Below are positions 39,014 to 50,985 of a stretch of 64,000 nt of DNA, one piece after another. The notes under the pieces were generated by a model. It was not told where the DNA came from, did not search any database, and saw nothing but the letters and a program-made list of their open reading frames with translations. Origin of the DNA: Felis catus (Eukaryota); the NCBI RefSeq assembly GCF_018350175.1, contig NC_058377.1:60760001-60824000 (forward strand). Reading direction: 5' to 3'. The number at the start of each line of letters is the position of its first letter. The first letter of the stretch is position 1. The position numbers and the translations under genes are program-made.

Positions 39014-40330
39014 TGTGATCAGTTATGATTAATAATAAATATATATTTGGTCTTTGTCTACTTTTCTGGCAGAGAGCTCCCAAAACTCTTGGACTTTCCT
39101 AAGTGATAAAAGCCATTAAGGTGTCTTTTATTATGTCAATGACATGACATTCTGACCCCACACAAGGATAGGGCCCACTTGCCAGAGGAACCAGCCACGT
39201 GATTGGAGAGTGGGAACTTTCAGTTCCAATAGACCTCCAGGGAGGAGAGAGGGGCTGGAGTTTGAACCAATTGCCAATGGCCAATGATTGCATCTATCAA
39301 TCATGCCTATGTAATGGAGCCTCCATAAAAACCCAGAAGGACAGGTTCTGAGAGCTTCAATGTTGGTGAACACTTGAAGAGTGGAGAGAATTGTGTGAGA
39401 AAAAGCCCACCGACCCAAACAAAGGAGGGATGTGGAGACTTAGAACACAGTGAAGCCAGGTTTTAATCAACATTCTTGCAAGAGCAGCTGTCTGATGGAC
39501 AGGCACACTAGGGACAGTTATAGCAAACAATTTATTTCCTAGTGTGCAAGTCCCTCCCCTAGTTCCTCATTGGCTAAGTACTACAAAGGTTTCAGCCCTA
39601 CCCAGGTGTTGCCTATGCCCATGTAAGGCAAAAACTAGTGTGATTGGAACAAATGTACATTCCCTGAAGTGAGGCAGAGACTTTTAGTCACTCCTCCTTG
39701 TGTTTTTTGGTGTATGCTCATTGCAAAGCCTACAAAAATAAGCCCTTGAAAAGGAGAGGGGAAGAAGAACCAGGAAGTAGAGTGTCCAAGAGTTTCAGAC
39801 TCCACTGTGGAGGGAGTTCGAACATATTTCCAATAGGTTGTAAACCTACTGTTAACTATACAGCACAGCTTTTATTTGGTATTTCTGAAAATGAATAATC
39901 TCCCTTACTTCTCACAATAGTACCCCTGGCAAAGGCATATGGGTTCAATGCCCTTTCCCCATCCTTTGTGCTATGCATCTCCTCCCTCTGGTTGCTCCTG
40001 AGTTATGTCCTTATAATACACTGGTAATCTAGTAAGTAATATGTTTCTCTGAGTGCTATAGGTTGCCCTAGCAAATTAATTGTGCACAAGACGCAGGCCA
40101 AGGGACACTGATTTATACTCAGTAGGTTAGAAGCACAGGTAACAACTGTTCTTATGATTAGTGTGAGAGGTCAGGTGGGAGGTGCAGTCTTGCAAGATTG
40201 AACCTTGAAGTTGCAGAATCTGATGCTGTCTCCTGAACTGAATTGTAGGATACCCAGTTGGTGTCCAGAGAATTGCTTGCTGGTGTGGAGTACCACCATA
40301 CAAACTGTGATTTGGTCTCAGAATAGTCAT
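39014..40330 (+). mobile_element. MER21-like LTR interrupted by a second LTR
   Basis: Starts TGTGAT...aaatatatatttggtc...ctggcagagagctcccaaaactcttgg, resembling the MER21-type consensus as recalled. Confidence 0.6.
39394..39916 (-). mobile_element. Nested solo LTR, 523 bp (ERV1-like)
   Basis: Termini TGTGAGAA...TTCTCACA (8-bp inverted), 4-bp TSD attg/atag, ATTAAA on the minus strand near 39465. Confidence 0.75.
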
Positions 40331-40749
40331 TTAGAGGGAGGGGGAGAGACAGAAAGTGAGACCTAATTTCATCAGGAGTTTGTCCATCTCTCTCCTTGTG
40401 TTGCCTGACGGACTGGGAGATCTCTGAGCTCTGAGGCCTCTAGAATCTTTTTCTATGCATATGTATTTCTATTTAGAATTGGCATCAGCCTATGGGAAAA
40501 TGTTATTTTTCTTTTTTCTTTAATATTCTATCTTGATCATTTTTTACATCTTTACATACTTTGTGCAAACACATTAATTAAATGATACATGATATTCAAT
40601 TGCTCATTCTTCATCTGTGTCTTATGGATCAATATTTGAATGTTTTCTGTTTTTGTTTTTATAAATAATCTATACATGTCATTGTACTTTTTTTTTTCTC
40701 AAATTCTATTTTTATAGAGATATGAGATGGGGAAAGTATACCTACTCTT

Positions 40750-40935
40750 TATTTTAAATGTTTATTTTTGAGAGATAGAGAGAGAGGGAAAGGCATAGAG
40801 AGAGGGAAACAGAGGATCCAAAGCAGGCTCTGTTCTGTGAGGAGTGACCCCACGTGGGGCTCGAATTCACCAGCTGTGAGATCATAACCTGAGCCAAAGT
40901 TGGACACTGAACTCAACTGGGCCACCAAGATGCTC
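40750..40935 (-). mobile_element. CAN-SINE, specific to unit B
   Basis: TSD aaagta(t/c)ac(c/a)tact. Confidence 0.82.
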
Positions 40936-41330
40936 CAAAGTACACATACTTGTTAACTGTTTTGGTGGAAATTTCTAATCTCCTTTTTAACAAGGTATAC
41001 CAACTTATACTTCTAGTGACAGTGTCAAAGTAATTTTCACATTAGTCTGTGGCAAATGGCATTGTTTTCAAATCTTCACTAATTTGATAGGTCGACATAG
41101 TTCTTACTGGTTTCTTGTGCTGATGAACATTCATCATCTCATTATTTATGATCACCAATCACATCTCTCAGAGAGCTCCTATTCTGGGCATCCTGAAAAT
41201 TGATTCTTTTCTTCTGGAGGTTTACTAACCTCTGTACTGATATGTGATGGCTTGGAAGACTTTCTTTTTGTGTTTATGTTCCCAGATCACAGTGGGTGAT
41301 TGGCTTGATTGTGATGCTGTCATCCTTGAC

Positions 41331-42275
41331 TCAGGGACCTTTTCCACAACAACCCTGAATAACCCTGTCCTTTATCTGCTTGGTTCTAACTCCATAGATG
41401 ATGGGGTTGAGCATAGGAGGTACCAGGAGATAGAGATTAGCGAACATGATATGTACTGCTCCGGGCACATGATGTCCAAAGCGGTGGGTGAGGAACGTAA
41501 AGAGCGCTGGAATATAAAAAGCCAAGATGACACAGATATGGGACGCACATGTGCCAAAAGCCTTGAGCTGGGCTTCACCAGAAGGCAACCCCAGAACAGT
41601 TCTCAAAATCATCACATAGGAGACACTGATGACACTCATATCAAAGCCAACCACAGAGAAGGCCACAAAGAGCCCATATGCACGATTTACTCTAGTATCT
41701 GCACACACCAGCTTTAGCACAGCCATGTGTTCACAGTATGGCTGGGGAATGATCTGGTTGGGGCAGAAGGGCATCCTGGAGACCATAATGCAGAAGGGGC
41801 TCACCAAAAGCAATGCTCTCATCATCACAGCTGCTCCCAATTTACCCACTACAGCTGGGGTCAGGACACTTGAGTGACGGAGTGGGAAGCAGATGGCCAC
41901 ATAACGGTCCAAGGCCATAGCCATGAGCACCCCAGACTCCACAGAGGAAAAGGCATGGATGAAGAACACCTGGATGAGGCAGGCATGGTATTGAGTCTCA
42001 TGAGCATGAAACCAGAGTATAGCCAGCATTTTAGGTTGGGTGGAAGACGAGAGGACCAGGTCAGTGATAGCCAGCATGGCTAGAAAGAGGTACATGGGCT
42101 CATGCAGAGTGTGGTCAATTCGGATTATATGGAGGACAGTGGTATTGCCAATTATAGCCACAACATACATGGCACAGAGAGGAAAGGCAATCCAAAATTG
42201 GGAATTCTTGAGTCCTGGGATCCCAAGTAGGATAAAGTATTCAGGATGAGCAGAGCTGTTCCCTGAAGCCAGCAT
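41331..42275 (-). CDS. OR52R1: Olfactory receptor 52R1 paralogue B, 314 aa, intact
   Basis: Same motifs as copy A. ATG of MLASGNSS at 42275 and acceptor tcttctcAG at 42302-42301. The open frame upstream to 42467 is probably intronic. Confidence 0.92.
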   Translation of the reverse strand: MLASGNSSAHPEYFILLGIPGLKNSQFWIAFPLCAMYVVAIIGNTTVLHIIRIDHTLHEPMYLFLAMLAITDLVLSSSTQPKMLAILWFHAHETQYHACLIQVFFIHAFSSVESGVLMAMALDRYVAICFPLRHSSVLTPAVVGKLGAAVMMRALLLVSPFCIMVSRMPFCPNQIIPQPYCEHMAVLKLVCADTRVNRAYGLFVAFSVVGFDMSVISVSYVMILRTVLGLPSGEAQLKAFGTCASHICVILAFYIPALFTFLTHRFGHHVPGAVHIMFANLYLLVPPMLNPIIYGVRTKQIKDRVIQGCCGKGP

Positions 42276-42875
42276 CACAGGACGGTTAAATTGTTCTCCC
42301 CTGAGAAGATAATGTATGATTATAATCAATAAATTAGTATTATTTTTAATCTTTTGTAGGGGCCACTTAATGATAGGACCATTGAGTTTAATGGTAAAAT
42401 GGAATAATTTCAATTGTTTTAATAAATACATTTTTTCAACATAATGTGATGCTACTCTCTTCTTCATTCATGTTTGTGTCATTCAAAATGGGGTCAGAAC
42501 ATGCTAGCTGCAAGTGTAATTTCTGTATAAGAATCAGTATTTTCCATGAAAGTCAAACCTGCTAAGGGAAAAGTATCTTAACAAATAATGTCACTGATAG
42601 TAATTTTTGCTCTTCTATTCTTTAGAATATTTTATTTGTTTAACCTCTCCCATAGGTTCTTTTCACCCTCTGTTTAAGCCACCTAGGCAACTTTTCAGGA
42701 TAGGAAACCAATTTGGAAAAACCACTTTGTCTTAATGGCTCATAGCATTGTATATAGTGATGATGAGTTACCTTTGATTTAGGAGTTACCAGGAGTATTT
42801 GGGCTGGAGGATGACTGATGACAGATTGTACACCTGCAGTTAAACCTGTTATCCACAGTGGATGTCTCCTCCTAG

Positions 42876-43100
42876 ATTAGGGGCCAGCAAATGTTTTCTG
42901 TAAAAGGTCACATCACACATATTTTAGACTTTGTGGACCATATAGTTTTGTTGCAACTAGTCAGCTTAGCCATTGTAGCATGAATGCAACCATAGTCAGT
43001 ATAGAAATGTGTGAATGTGGCTACATTCCAATACAAATTTATTTTCAAAATCAGGCTACTAGCTGGATTTGGTCGGCAGGTGATAGTTTGCTAATTCCAT
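42876..43100 (+). mobile_element. MER58-like MITE (unit B copy)
   Basis: Paralogue of 31317-31542. Confidence 0.65.
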
Positions 43101-45394
43101 TTTATACGACAAATTTTCATGAGGTCAGCCCTGAATTGTGCACCATCCCTAGTACCTCTGTGCATGGCACAAAACAGGGGTTTAATTACCATTTTCAAAG
43201 CAAATAATGAATAAATATCATTGTTCAGGGGTAATTGCTTTTTTAACTGATTAGCCATATCTTACAATGTCCTGATAGAATCCTCTAAACATTACTTTGA
43301 TGCCGTGCCACAGGACAGCTACATATATTTCTCATAGTAAAGTCTGACCTCCTGTCCATTGAAAGACGTGAATGTCATCTTCTGCTGATACTTGCATACA
43401 TTGTTGATCTTGTCTGATCCCTCTGGAGACTATTACCTATCTGAGAGTCAATGACACAAAAGCTTACCTGGGTCTTACTCAACACCTTCCCACTATTTAA
43501 TTTCACTTGACCTGAGACTTTCCTTGAATTCATTCATTCTTACCTCCTCCATAACAGAAACACCAAGTTAAGAAGAGTATCTTTTCAAATCTCCCTTAAC
43601 CAATCACCTATGGGGATTAACAATTGTTTCAGTCTACAGATACAATAGTTTTATAAAAGGGTTTCTTTGAGATCCCAAATACACTTAATCTATTTTGGAT
43701 TTTCCCTAGATTTATAACATTATGAGAGAAATGTGGCTCAGAGTTGGTAAATCTGGCTCTAAATTGGAAACTTTACTATCCTACCTAGATAATAGCTGTA
43801 GGTTTGCTGAAAAGAAATACTCCTCTCCAGGGCATAGTGAAAATTCAGAAGCATACACATGATCTGATGTGTAAGGCTCTTGTTTCATTCCCTTCTGCTG
43901 GCTTGGTCTTCCAGTTATACATTCTGTTTGAATCAGAGTCTTCCTTTCTCCCTCCTTTCTCCCCCCTGTAAGTCACCTTCCATTTGTGAGGACAAAGTCA
44001 CTGAGGCTCATAGGCACCTGGAAAAGCACTTAGACCATATTCGTTTCTGCATTAGGCACTGGTGAGTAAAGTGGCTAAACCTTCAATTTCTCAAACTGCA
44101 TAACAATCTCTTTAATAATATGTAAGACATTGCTATTTTTGTAAATATAACACTATAAGCTTTTACATGTTATTGGTTTTAACTCCCACAAACTTCTGCC
44201 TGTTAGCCTTAACAGGGAAATTACCTGTTTGTTTTACATACTGTTTTTGGAGTAGTGACTCTTCTTAGAGGGTGACCCAGTCTGAAGAGGGAAATGGGGG
44301 CTCTTGACAGGTGCCTTTCTTTCTTATCTACACTTAACAATCCCATGAAATATGGTGTCATCACTACAAGAAATTCTTTTGTCTTTTTTTCCTCCTCAGA
44401 CGTATGAACTCAACACATGAAGAATTAAGGTTACAAGTCATGTGGAGTAGACAGGGAGTTAACCAATCTTGGGTCATTTTTGTGCAGTGTGTGAGGTTTT
44501 CAGTAGTAATTCTGAGGGGAGACACAGGTCATCAACTTGCTGCTGAGTTGGGGGAAAGAGATGTACATTCCCTAAAAAGTAGGAAAAAGAAGGGCAATAT
44601 AATTTCCCTTCTTGCCCAAAATTCCTTCCCCCTTTCCCTGCTTATAAATATGTCCCTGTCCTTGCCTACCATATGCTAGACCTCATGTGAGCATAGTGCT
44701 TATTGGCAGAAGAAATTAAGCCATCTTTTTTTCTATGTTACAGCCAGGGTGATCACACATTGAACTTCAGATTCAATGTTGCTGTTCTCCAAAGTACAAA
44801 ATAATTTGTGAGAACTTGGCGTAACTTTTGTTTCAGGGAATATGGTTGCAAGAAAAATGTTCTCACACTGCTGGAGCTCAGTTTTCATCTGTGAGTATGG
44901 GTTTGAATCCAGTGCTGATACCACTACCTCTGTTGACTTCAATTACCCCACTCATTATGTAGAAATAGTTATGTTCATCAGTTTAATCGAGTTGCTCAAG
45001 TCTGAAAGGGTAAAGGATAAAATGGGTTGAGATTTTGCTAAGGAATGGCTTCAGAGAAATTTAGTCTGTTCTCTCACTTTGGGGTATCTAAAACTAAGGC
45101 ATGTAGCAAGATTGCCGAAGTGGGGTAGGGTTCAGATCCTGCGTCCTTTGTGGAGGGATTGAGTGTGGAGGCAGGCTGCCTACTTGTCTAGAATTTCCCT
45201 GGAGGACACAGTGTGAGCAGCGAATTGTCTCCCCATCTCAGAAGGAAATTCACCAGTCATGGATCGCTGGACCTGGAGCCCGCATAAGTCAGGTCATTCC
45301 GCACAGTGCATTGCCTTGCATTTCAGATTCTTAGAGACCCTGTGAGTCCTACTGTTCTCTGGGAAGGGCAGAGATGACTGGGGCATAGGGGACC

Positions 45395-45612
45395 ACTCAC
45401 CTTGAGCTGTGCTTTATCTCTGACCATAAGCAGCTCTAACTGGCTCCTGTGATTTAGCTTTTTACAGAGACTATGAGTTTGGACCTATTTAAAGACCTGT
45501 TTAAGTCTGGCCTTTCCCTTCGCCAGCATTAATTCTTTCCTTCCTCTTGGGCCCCACTGCCTCATACTCTGGCTTCCTCTGAGACTGGAGGGTAAGCTGG
45601 AAACATTAACCC
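45395..45612 (-). promoter_or_regulatory. Putative promoter and first exon of OR52R1-B
   Basis: Donor GTGAGT 45400-45395, TATA-like 45494-45486, AATTAATGC 45534-45526, O/E-like CCCAAGAGG 45551-45543. Confidence 0.55.
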
Positions 45613-46363
45613 CTAACTTGCCCTCTTTCCTCTGTATACACATAGCTGAAGCAGGGGATTTGAATGCATGTGCAAGAATGTGTGTTGTTGAGATTACAGG
45701 AGTGTGAGCTTATCTGTATGCATGCATTTTTTGTTAGTGAAACAAAATGTGGAATGTGGAATGCGAAAGTGTGTTGATATGTTTGTTGATGTGTATCTGG
45801 GAGATGTGTTAATGAACACGTGTAAGGATTGGATTTGCATGTGAATGTATGTGTATAAGCTGTGTTTGTGTAGGTATAAATAATCATTTGCTGTTGGTAT
45901 ACATATTTAGTGGGATAGTGTGGCTTTGTGAGTACAAAGCCACTAAATACACATGTTTTATGAAGGCATACACTGAGCTCCAAACCCGACACTGTGATTA
46001 CACATCACTGTGTGTCTATACGAGTATGTATAGGCAATATTGTGGGTTTGATGAGGGTGTTGACAATCTGTTGGTGCTTCTGTGTGTCCCAAGGTACAAT
46101 GGTCTAAGCCCTTTCACTTCTTATTAGGAGAGGGAAAACAAATTCCAGATGGAGGTCTTGCCATAGTTGTTTGTGGAAAGTTGTGAAGCTGGAAAGCCCT
46201 CCTAGCTCAGCCTGAACAGTTAAGTCTGTGCAGAGCTTCCTGTCACTCCCTGTGTAGGCCTAGCTGGTATTCTCATATTTATTTTTCTCAGCATTCCTTG
46301 ATATAGGATATGTCAAAGGAATATTTGACAAATAAATAACTAAAAATAGAAAGTAAGGATTTA

Positions 46364-46588
46364 GGGGCGCCTGGGTGGCGCAGTCGGTTAAGCGTCCGAC
46401 TTCAGCCAGGTCACGATCTCGCAGTCCGTGAGTTCGAGCCCCGCGTCAGGCTCTGGGCTGACAGCGCAGAGCCTGGAGCCTGTTTCCGATTCTGTGTCTC
46501 CCTCTCTCTCTGCCCCTCCCCCGTTCATGCTCTGTCTCTCTCTGTCCCAAAAATAAAAAAATAAACATTGAAAAAAAATAAAAAAAAA
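46364..46588 (+). mobile_element. Young felid SINE, specific to unit B
   Basis: Perfect TSD agaaagtaaggattta. Confidence 0.93.
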
Positions 46589-46983
46589 AGAAAGTAAGGA
46601 TTTATTTGCACAGATGAAATCTGTCAGACTTCAGAAACCATGCTTTGCAAAATCTAAAACCCAACATATAATTATAGGGAAACAAATCACACGTAATATT
46701 ACCACCATTATCAGGATGACAATAACCTGTTTATGGTGAATTGCCATCATTACGTTCACAAAGGTCATATTTTAGTTTAGACTATCAGCAGAAGAAAAAA
46801 TCTGGGATACAACTGGTTTTGTTAGGGAGTCCAGGTTTATAGGAAATATTCAAGGTTTTATTATTCTAGGGAGCAGGGGACATTGTAATTTTGGAGTTAT
46901 CTCTGGTTGCAAATTAGTTTTCTTTGCTTCTTTTAGCTGTCATAGATTAAACACTTGGTGTAATGAAAGTAGAAGAAAGTGCC

Positions 46984-47205
46984 GGGGCGCCTGGGTGGCG
47001 CAGTCGGTTAAGCATCCGACTTCAGCCAGGTCACGATCTCGCGGTCCGTGAGTTCGAGCCCCGCATCAGGCTCTGGGCTGATGGCTCAGAGCCTGGAGCC
47101 TGTTTCCGATTCTGTGTCTCCCTCTCTCTCTGCCCCTCCCCCATTCATGCTGTGTCTCTCTCTGTCCCAAAAATAAATAAACATTGAAAAAAAATTAAAA
47201 AAAAA
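46984..47205 (+). mobile_element. Young felid SINE, specific to unit B
   Basis: Perfect TSD aaagtagaagaaagtgcc. Confidence 0.93.
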
Positions 47206-48119
47206 AAAGTAGAAGAAAGTGCCTTGTTGTTGATGATGTTGTTGTTGTTTTTTTCCTCTTCCTCCTCCTCCCTCCTCTTCCCCTTCTTCCTTCTTCTCTT
47301 CTTATTCTCCTCCTCCTCCTCTTCCGTCCTTCAACTCTCCCCCCCCCTTTTTCTTTTGTAATGAGAGGAGCTTTTCTCCTTCAATAAAATGTCACATCTA
47401 AGGGTAGGAACTGAGTTTCCTCATCTCATGAATCTTCCCAAGATTCTCAGTGCCATGGTGCTTCCAAGCAGACATGGTACCCAAGTTCTTATAGAAGTAA
47501 CTCGTGAGGTCAGCCACACTGTTTTTCAAGTTTAGTTCGGTATTGCTTGCTGAAATCAATGTGTAGTAGGCAGGTCAGTACTTTCCTGATTTACTCTTGT
47601 AAAGTTCTTTTCATGGTTTGTGTGTTTCAAAAGGTGGTGTTTCTGCAGGATCCATGGAGGACTTGTGAACCAGGCTCACACCCGTGCTCTAAATCTCAGT
47701 CTTTGGTAGAATGTACAGATTTGTGGGAAGTATTGAGAGCCTAGTTAGGGTGTTTTACTATGAACTTGTAGCCACACTAATCTTTAAGTTAGGTTTTGTG
47801 GGGTTATGATGGCAGAGTCAGAGAAAAACGTTTGGAAAGGAAGTTTTGATGGAAGAAGATGTTGTTGAGAATATTGACCTAAGAATCCTGGGACACTTCA
47901 GTGTAACTATGTCAAAAGATCCCCATCCAGAGCCTCATAGCTTTTTGATCCTCACTTGTGTTTTCCTCTGTCTCCATATAGATACTTAGTCAATATCGAA
48001 TGGACATGTCCTGAACCTTGCCACAGCATATCAGTCAATCTCTGAATCCTTGAGCATGTTATTCTAATGACACCATTGTATCTTTCTACTTTTTTTTACT
48101 CATTTTGTGTTTCCTGTTT

Positions 48120-48374
48120 TAAAATTTAANNNNNNNNNNNNNNNNNNNNNNNNNNNNNNNNNNNNNNNNNNNNNNNNNNNNNNNNNNNNNNNNNNNNNNN
48201 NNNNNNNNNNNNNNNNNNNNNNNNNNNNNNNNNNNNNNNNNNNNNNNNNNNNNNNNNNNNNNNCAGGCTCTGAGCTGTCAGCACAGGTCCTAACGGGGCT
48301 CAAACTCACACACCGTGAGATCATGACCTGAGCTGAAGTTGGATGCTTAACTGACTGAGCCATCCAGGTGCCCC
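48120..48374 (-). mobile_element. CAN-SINE spanning an N gap, specific to unit B
   Basis: Head ...gagccatccaggtgcccc; flanks tttc(c/t)tgtttt. Confidence 0.8.
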
Positions 48375-49125
48375 TCATTTCTTGTTTTTCACATCATCAA
48401 TTCCTTCAAAACTTATATATTTATAGCCAATCTTTTCAGTACTCTTTTCAAGTTCTTTTCTATGAAATATAGTCCTCATAGTTCATCATTTCAACCATAC
48501 TTGTGTGAATAACCTCAACACTATCTATCCATCACAGCTACTATTATGTCATTGTCTCCTGCTACCCCTGTACCACTGAGCAACTGCTAGAAGCAATAGC
48601 ACCAATGATCAGATTGGGACCATTGCAAGTTCATGGCAACTGACTTTACCTGGGCTCTCAAAGCAGCCCAAACTATTTTCACATTTCTCTCCCCTTAATT
48701 GTGCAGAGACATTGTGTTTGGAAACTGTAATAACTGACCTCCTTGACTAAGTTTATTGTTCAGACTCTGTCCACTAATTACAATGAATATCTTTTGTTAC
48801 TTTGTGCATCTTCTCAAGAGGCAGAACTTCCAACCATAATGTAGAAGGTTAAACTGTCTGTTATCTGACCTCAGAAGGTGTATAACGATGGTTTTTTGTC
48901 CTCATTTCTTACTCTCCTGAAGAAAGTGCTCTCACTGCCAGTTGCTCCACCATGCAGGGTTCATTACCACATTCAGGAAGGAAATCAAATATGGTTAGAG
49001 GGGAAATAATCAGGGCTATGCTCTGCTTTCTCAAAGTTCAGGGAGAAGCTTGCTGATGTTAACACTGTAGTGAAGGCCCTGGAGACCGAAAAAGACAAGA
49101 AAATGTATGTGCACTGCTTGGACAA

Positions 49126-49380
49126 TTGTTGCGGGTTGAATTGTGTCCCCCCCACCCCAATTTATATGTTGAATTTCTACTCCACTGTACCTCAGAATGT
49201 GACTTTGTCATCAGAGTGTAGGTGGATAAAATGAGGTCACGTTGGAGTAGGGTGGGCCCTAATCCAATTGACTGCTGTCTTCATACAAGGGGAAATTTGG
49301 AAACACAGATGTACAGGTAGAGAGAAATTGCCATTTGGCCACGAAGGTAGTTATCAAGATGATGTGTCTATAAGCCAAAG
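49126..49380 (+). mobile_element. MLT1B/C-like LTR, 3'-truncated at the unit B/C junction
   Basis: Its 5' end matches 61546 onward; it stops just before a SINE half at about 49400. Confidence 0.75.
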
Positions 49381-49458
49381 TTTCCGGGAAAAAAGTTCCC
49401 ACACTGACAGCATGGAGCCTCCTTGGTATTCTCTCTCTCCTCTTTCTGCCCCTCCAAT

Positions 49459-49508
<50 letters not shown>

Positions 49509-50816
49509 AAAACAAATAGATAAAGTTTAGAAAACAAAAGAAATAACATGGCTGGTAACTCTAGGGCTTCTAGAAAGTAGTGAATCCCAAACACTTCTGT
49601 GATGGTCCATACCTAAAATATGCACATTCAGAACTGGAAATCAAAGACTGAGACTCCAGGTTTATCTGGGATGGGGATGAGGCCAAGGCTCTGCTAAGTG
49701 AGGCATCATACCTCCTTGGGCCTTTCTTCTTCTGCTGCTTTCTGACCTCTAGCCTCAAAGATAGAGTAAGATTAGTTAGTGACCTCAGGCATAACAGACG
49801 TAGCAGAGAATCAATAATAAATACATAATCAGGTCATCAGGGTATAAGTGGGTGAGGGTGATGACTGTAGATTGTAGCAGGTGCTGGAAGAGGTTGGAGG
49901 AGGGGATTTTAGGATGAACTATGAACTTGTTATGTTCATAACCCCAGCACCAAACACAGTACTGGCACAGAGTAAGTGGTGAAGAAATGCTTGTTGACTT
50001 TGAGCATGAAATACATCATACTAATAACACTGTGTTTGGCTGTGTGCAGAGTAGACAATACTGATGGTGCATTATTCCCCTCTTGAAGTTACTGTAGAAC
50101 TGAGCTCAGACAGCAGATCTCAGCCCCGAATAATGTTTAAAAACCAGGAGAAGCTGACCTGCTTTTGTTAAGTTCTGACTGGCTTCTCTTAGCCATTAGG
50201 TCACCTTAGAGTTGTGTGCTGAGAGAAGAGAGGCACTGGGATGACTCTGCCCAGTACAAATGGGAAATCAAGTCTCTTGCTCAAAGTACTCACTTGATAG
50301 TTTTTGGAAATGAGTACAGGTGCCTGGAGTTAGTTAAAGATTTGATGTCCTGGACCCACTAGTTCTTCAGGTTGTAATGAAGGCAGTCTTCTATTTTCAC
50401 TGATTCATGATACTTAAGGGTACTTCTAGTCATGATAGAGCTGCACAGTTTAAGTAAGTAGGTTTTCTACTGGAGCTGGAATTCAGTGTGCTTCATTTGA
50501 TCGTTTCATACTAACTAGGTTCTCTGATTGCCATTCTCTCCTGTCTCTGTGGTAGTCCCATCCTCTCATAGAATAATATTTGGTGCAACATAATCCCTTC
50601 ATAGGTATTTCTTGAAGAGAAATGTAAAAGGTTCCACATATTTTATATTTGTAAATAAAAAGAAGTGAGTGAGGGACAAACTGTTATTTATCTGTCAAAG
50701 GTATCTTATCAGACAGATAACAACCTTCAAAGTTTCCATGGGAATAATGAAAGGAGGCCTTAGGACTGAAATGTCTGGTATCCCATTTTGGAGGAAGGAG
50801 GCAAAAATGGACCTGC

Positions 50817-50848
50817 CAATGCCATCTTGTGGTCAGGAGTGGAATTGT
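50817..50848 (-). promoter_or_regulatory. Candidate CTCF site, duplicate copy
   Basis: Same sequence as 25992-26023. Confidence 0.6.
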
Positions 50849-50985
50849 TGTGACAATGGTAGCAGGCACATGTAAAAATTTAATCATTCATTCATGTAAG
50901 TAGTTTTTTCTGGTGAGCTAGGTTTGGGATAGAATAGTGAACAAGTATGCTATACTTATGGAAGTTATATTCAAGTCATACTAAC

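Larger units (their letters stand above)
40440..49380. repeat. Segmental duplication unit B (OR52R1 unit)
   Basis: Homology begins at tagaatctttttctatgc (matches A about 28545 and C about 52815) and runs to the truncated MLT1, matching C up to about 61800. Confidence 0.9.

Noticed and set aside
42276-42467. 64-aa N-terminal extension of OR52R1-B in the ORF track
   Set aside because: It crosses a consensus splice acceptor at 42301, is AT-rich, and is interrupted by stops in the paralogues. Probably a chance open intronic frame.
47540-47590. HIDFSK resembling the CR1/L2 reverse-transcriptase motif YLDFSKAFD
   Set aside because: The match is too short, is not kept in the unit C copy, and the flanking residues do not fit.
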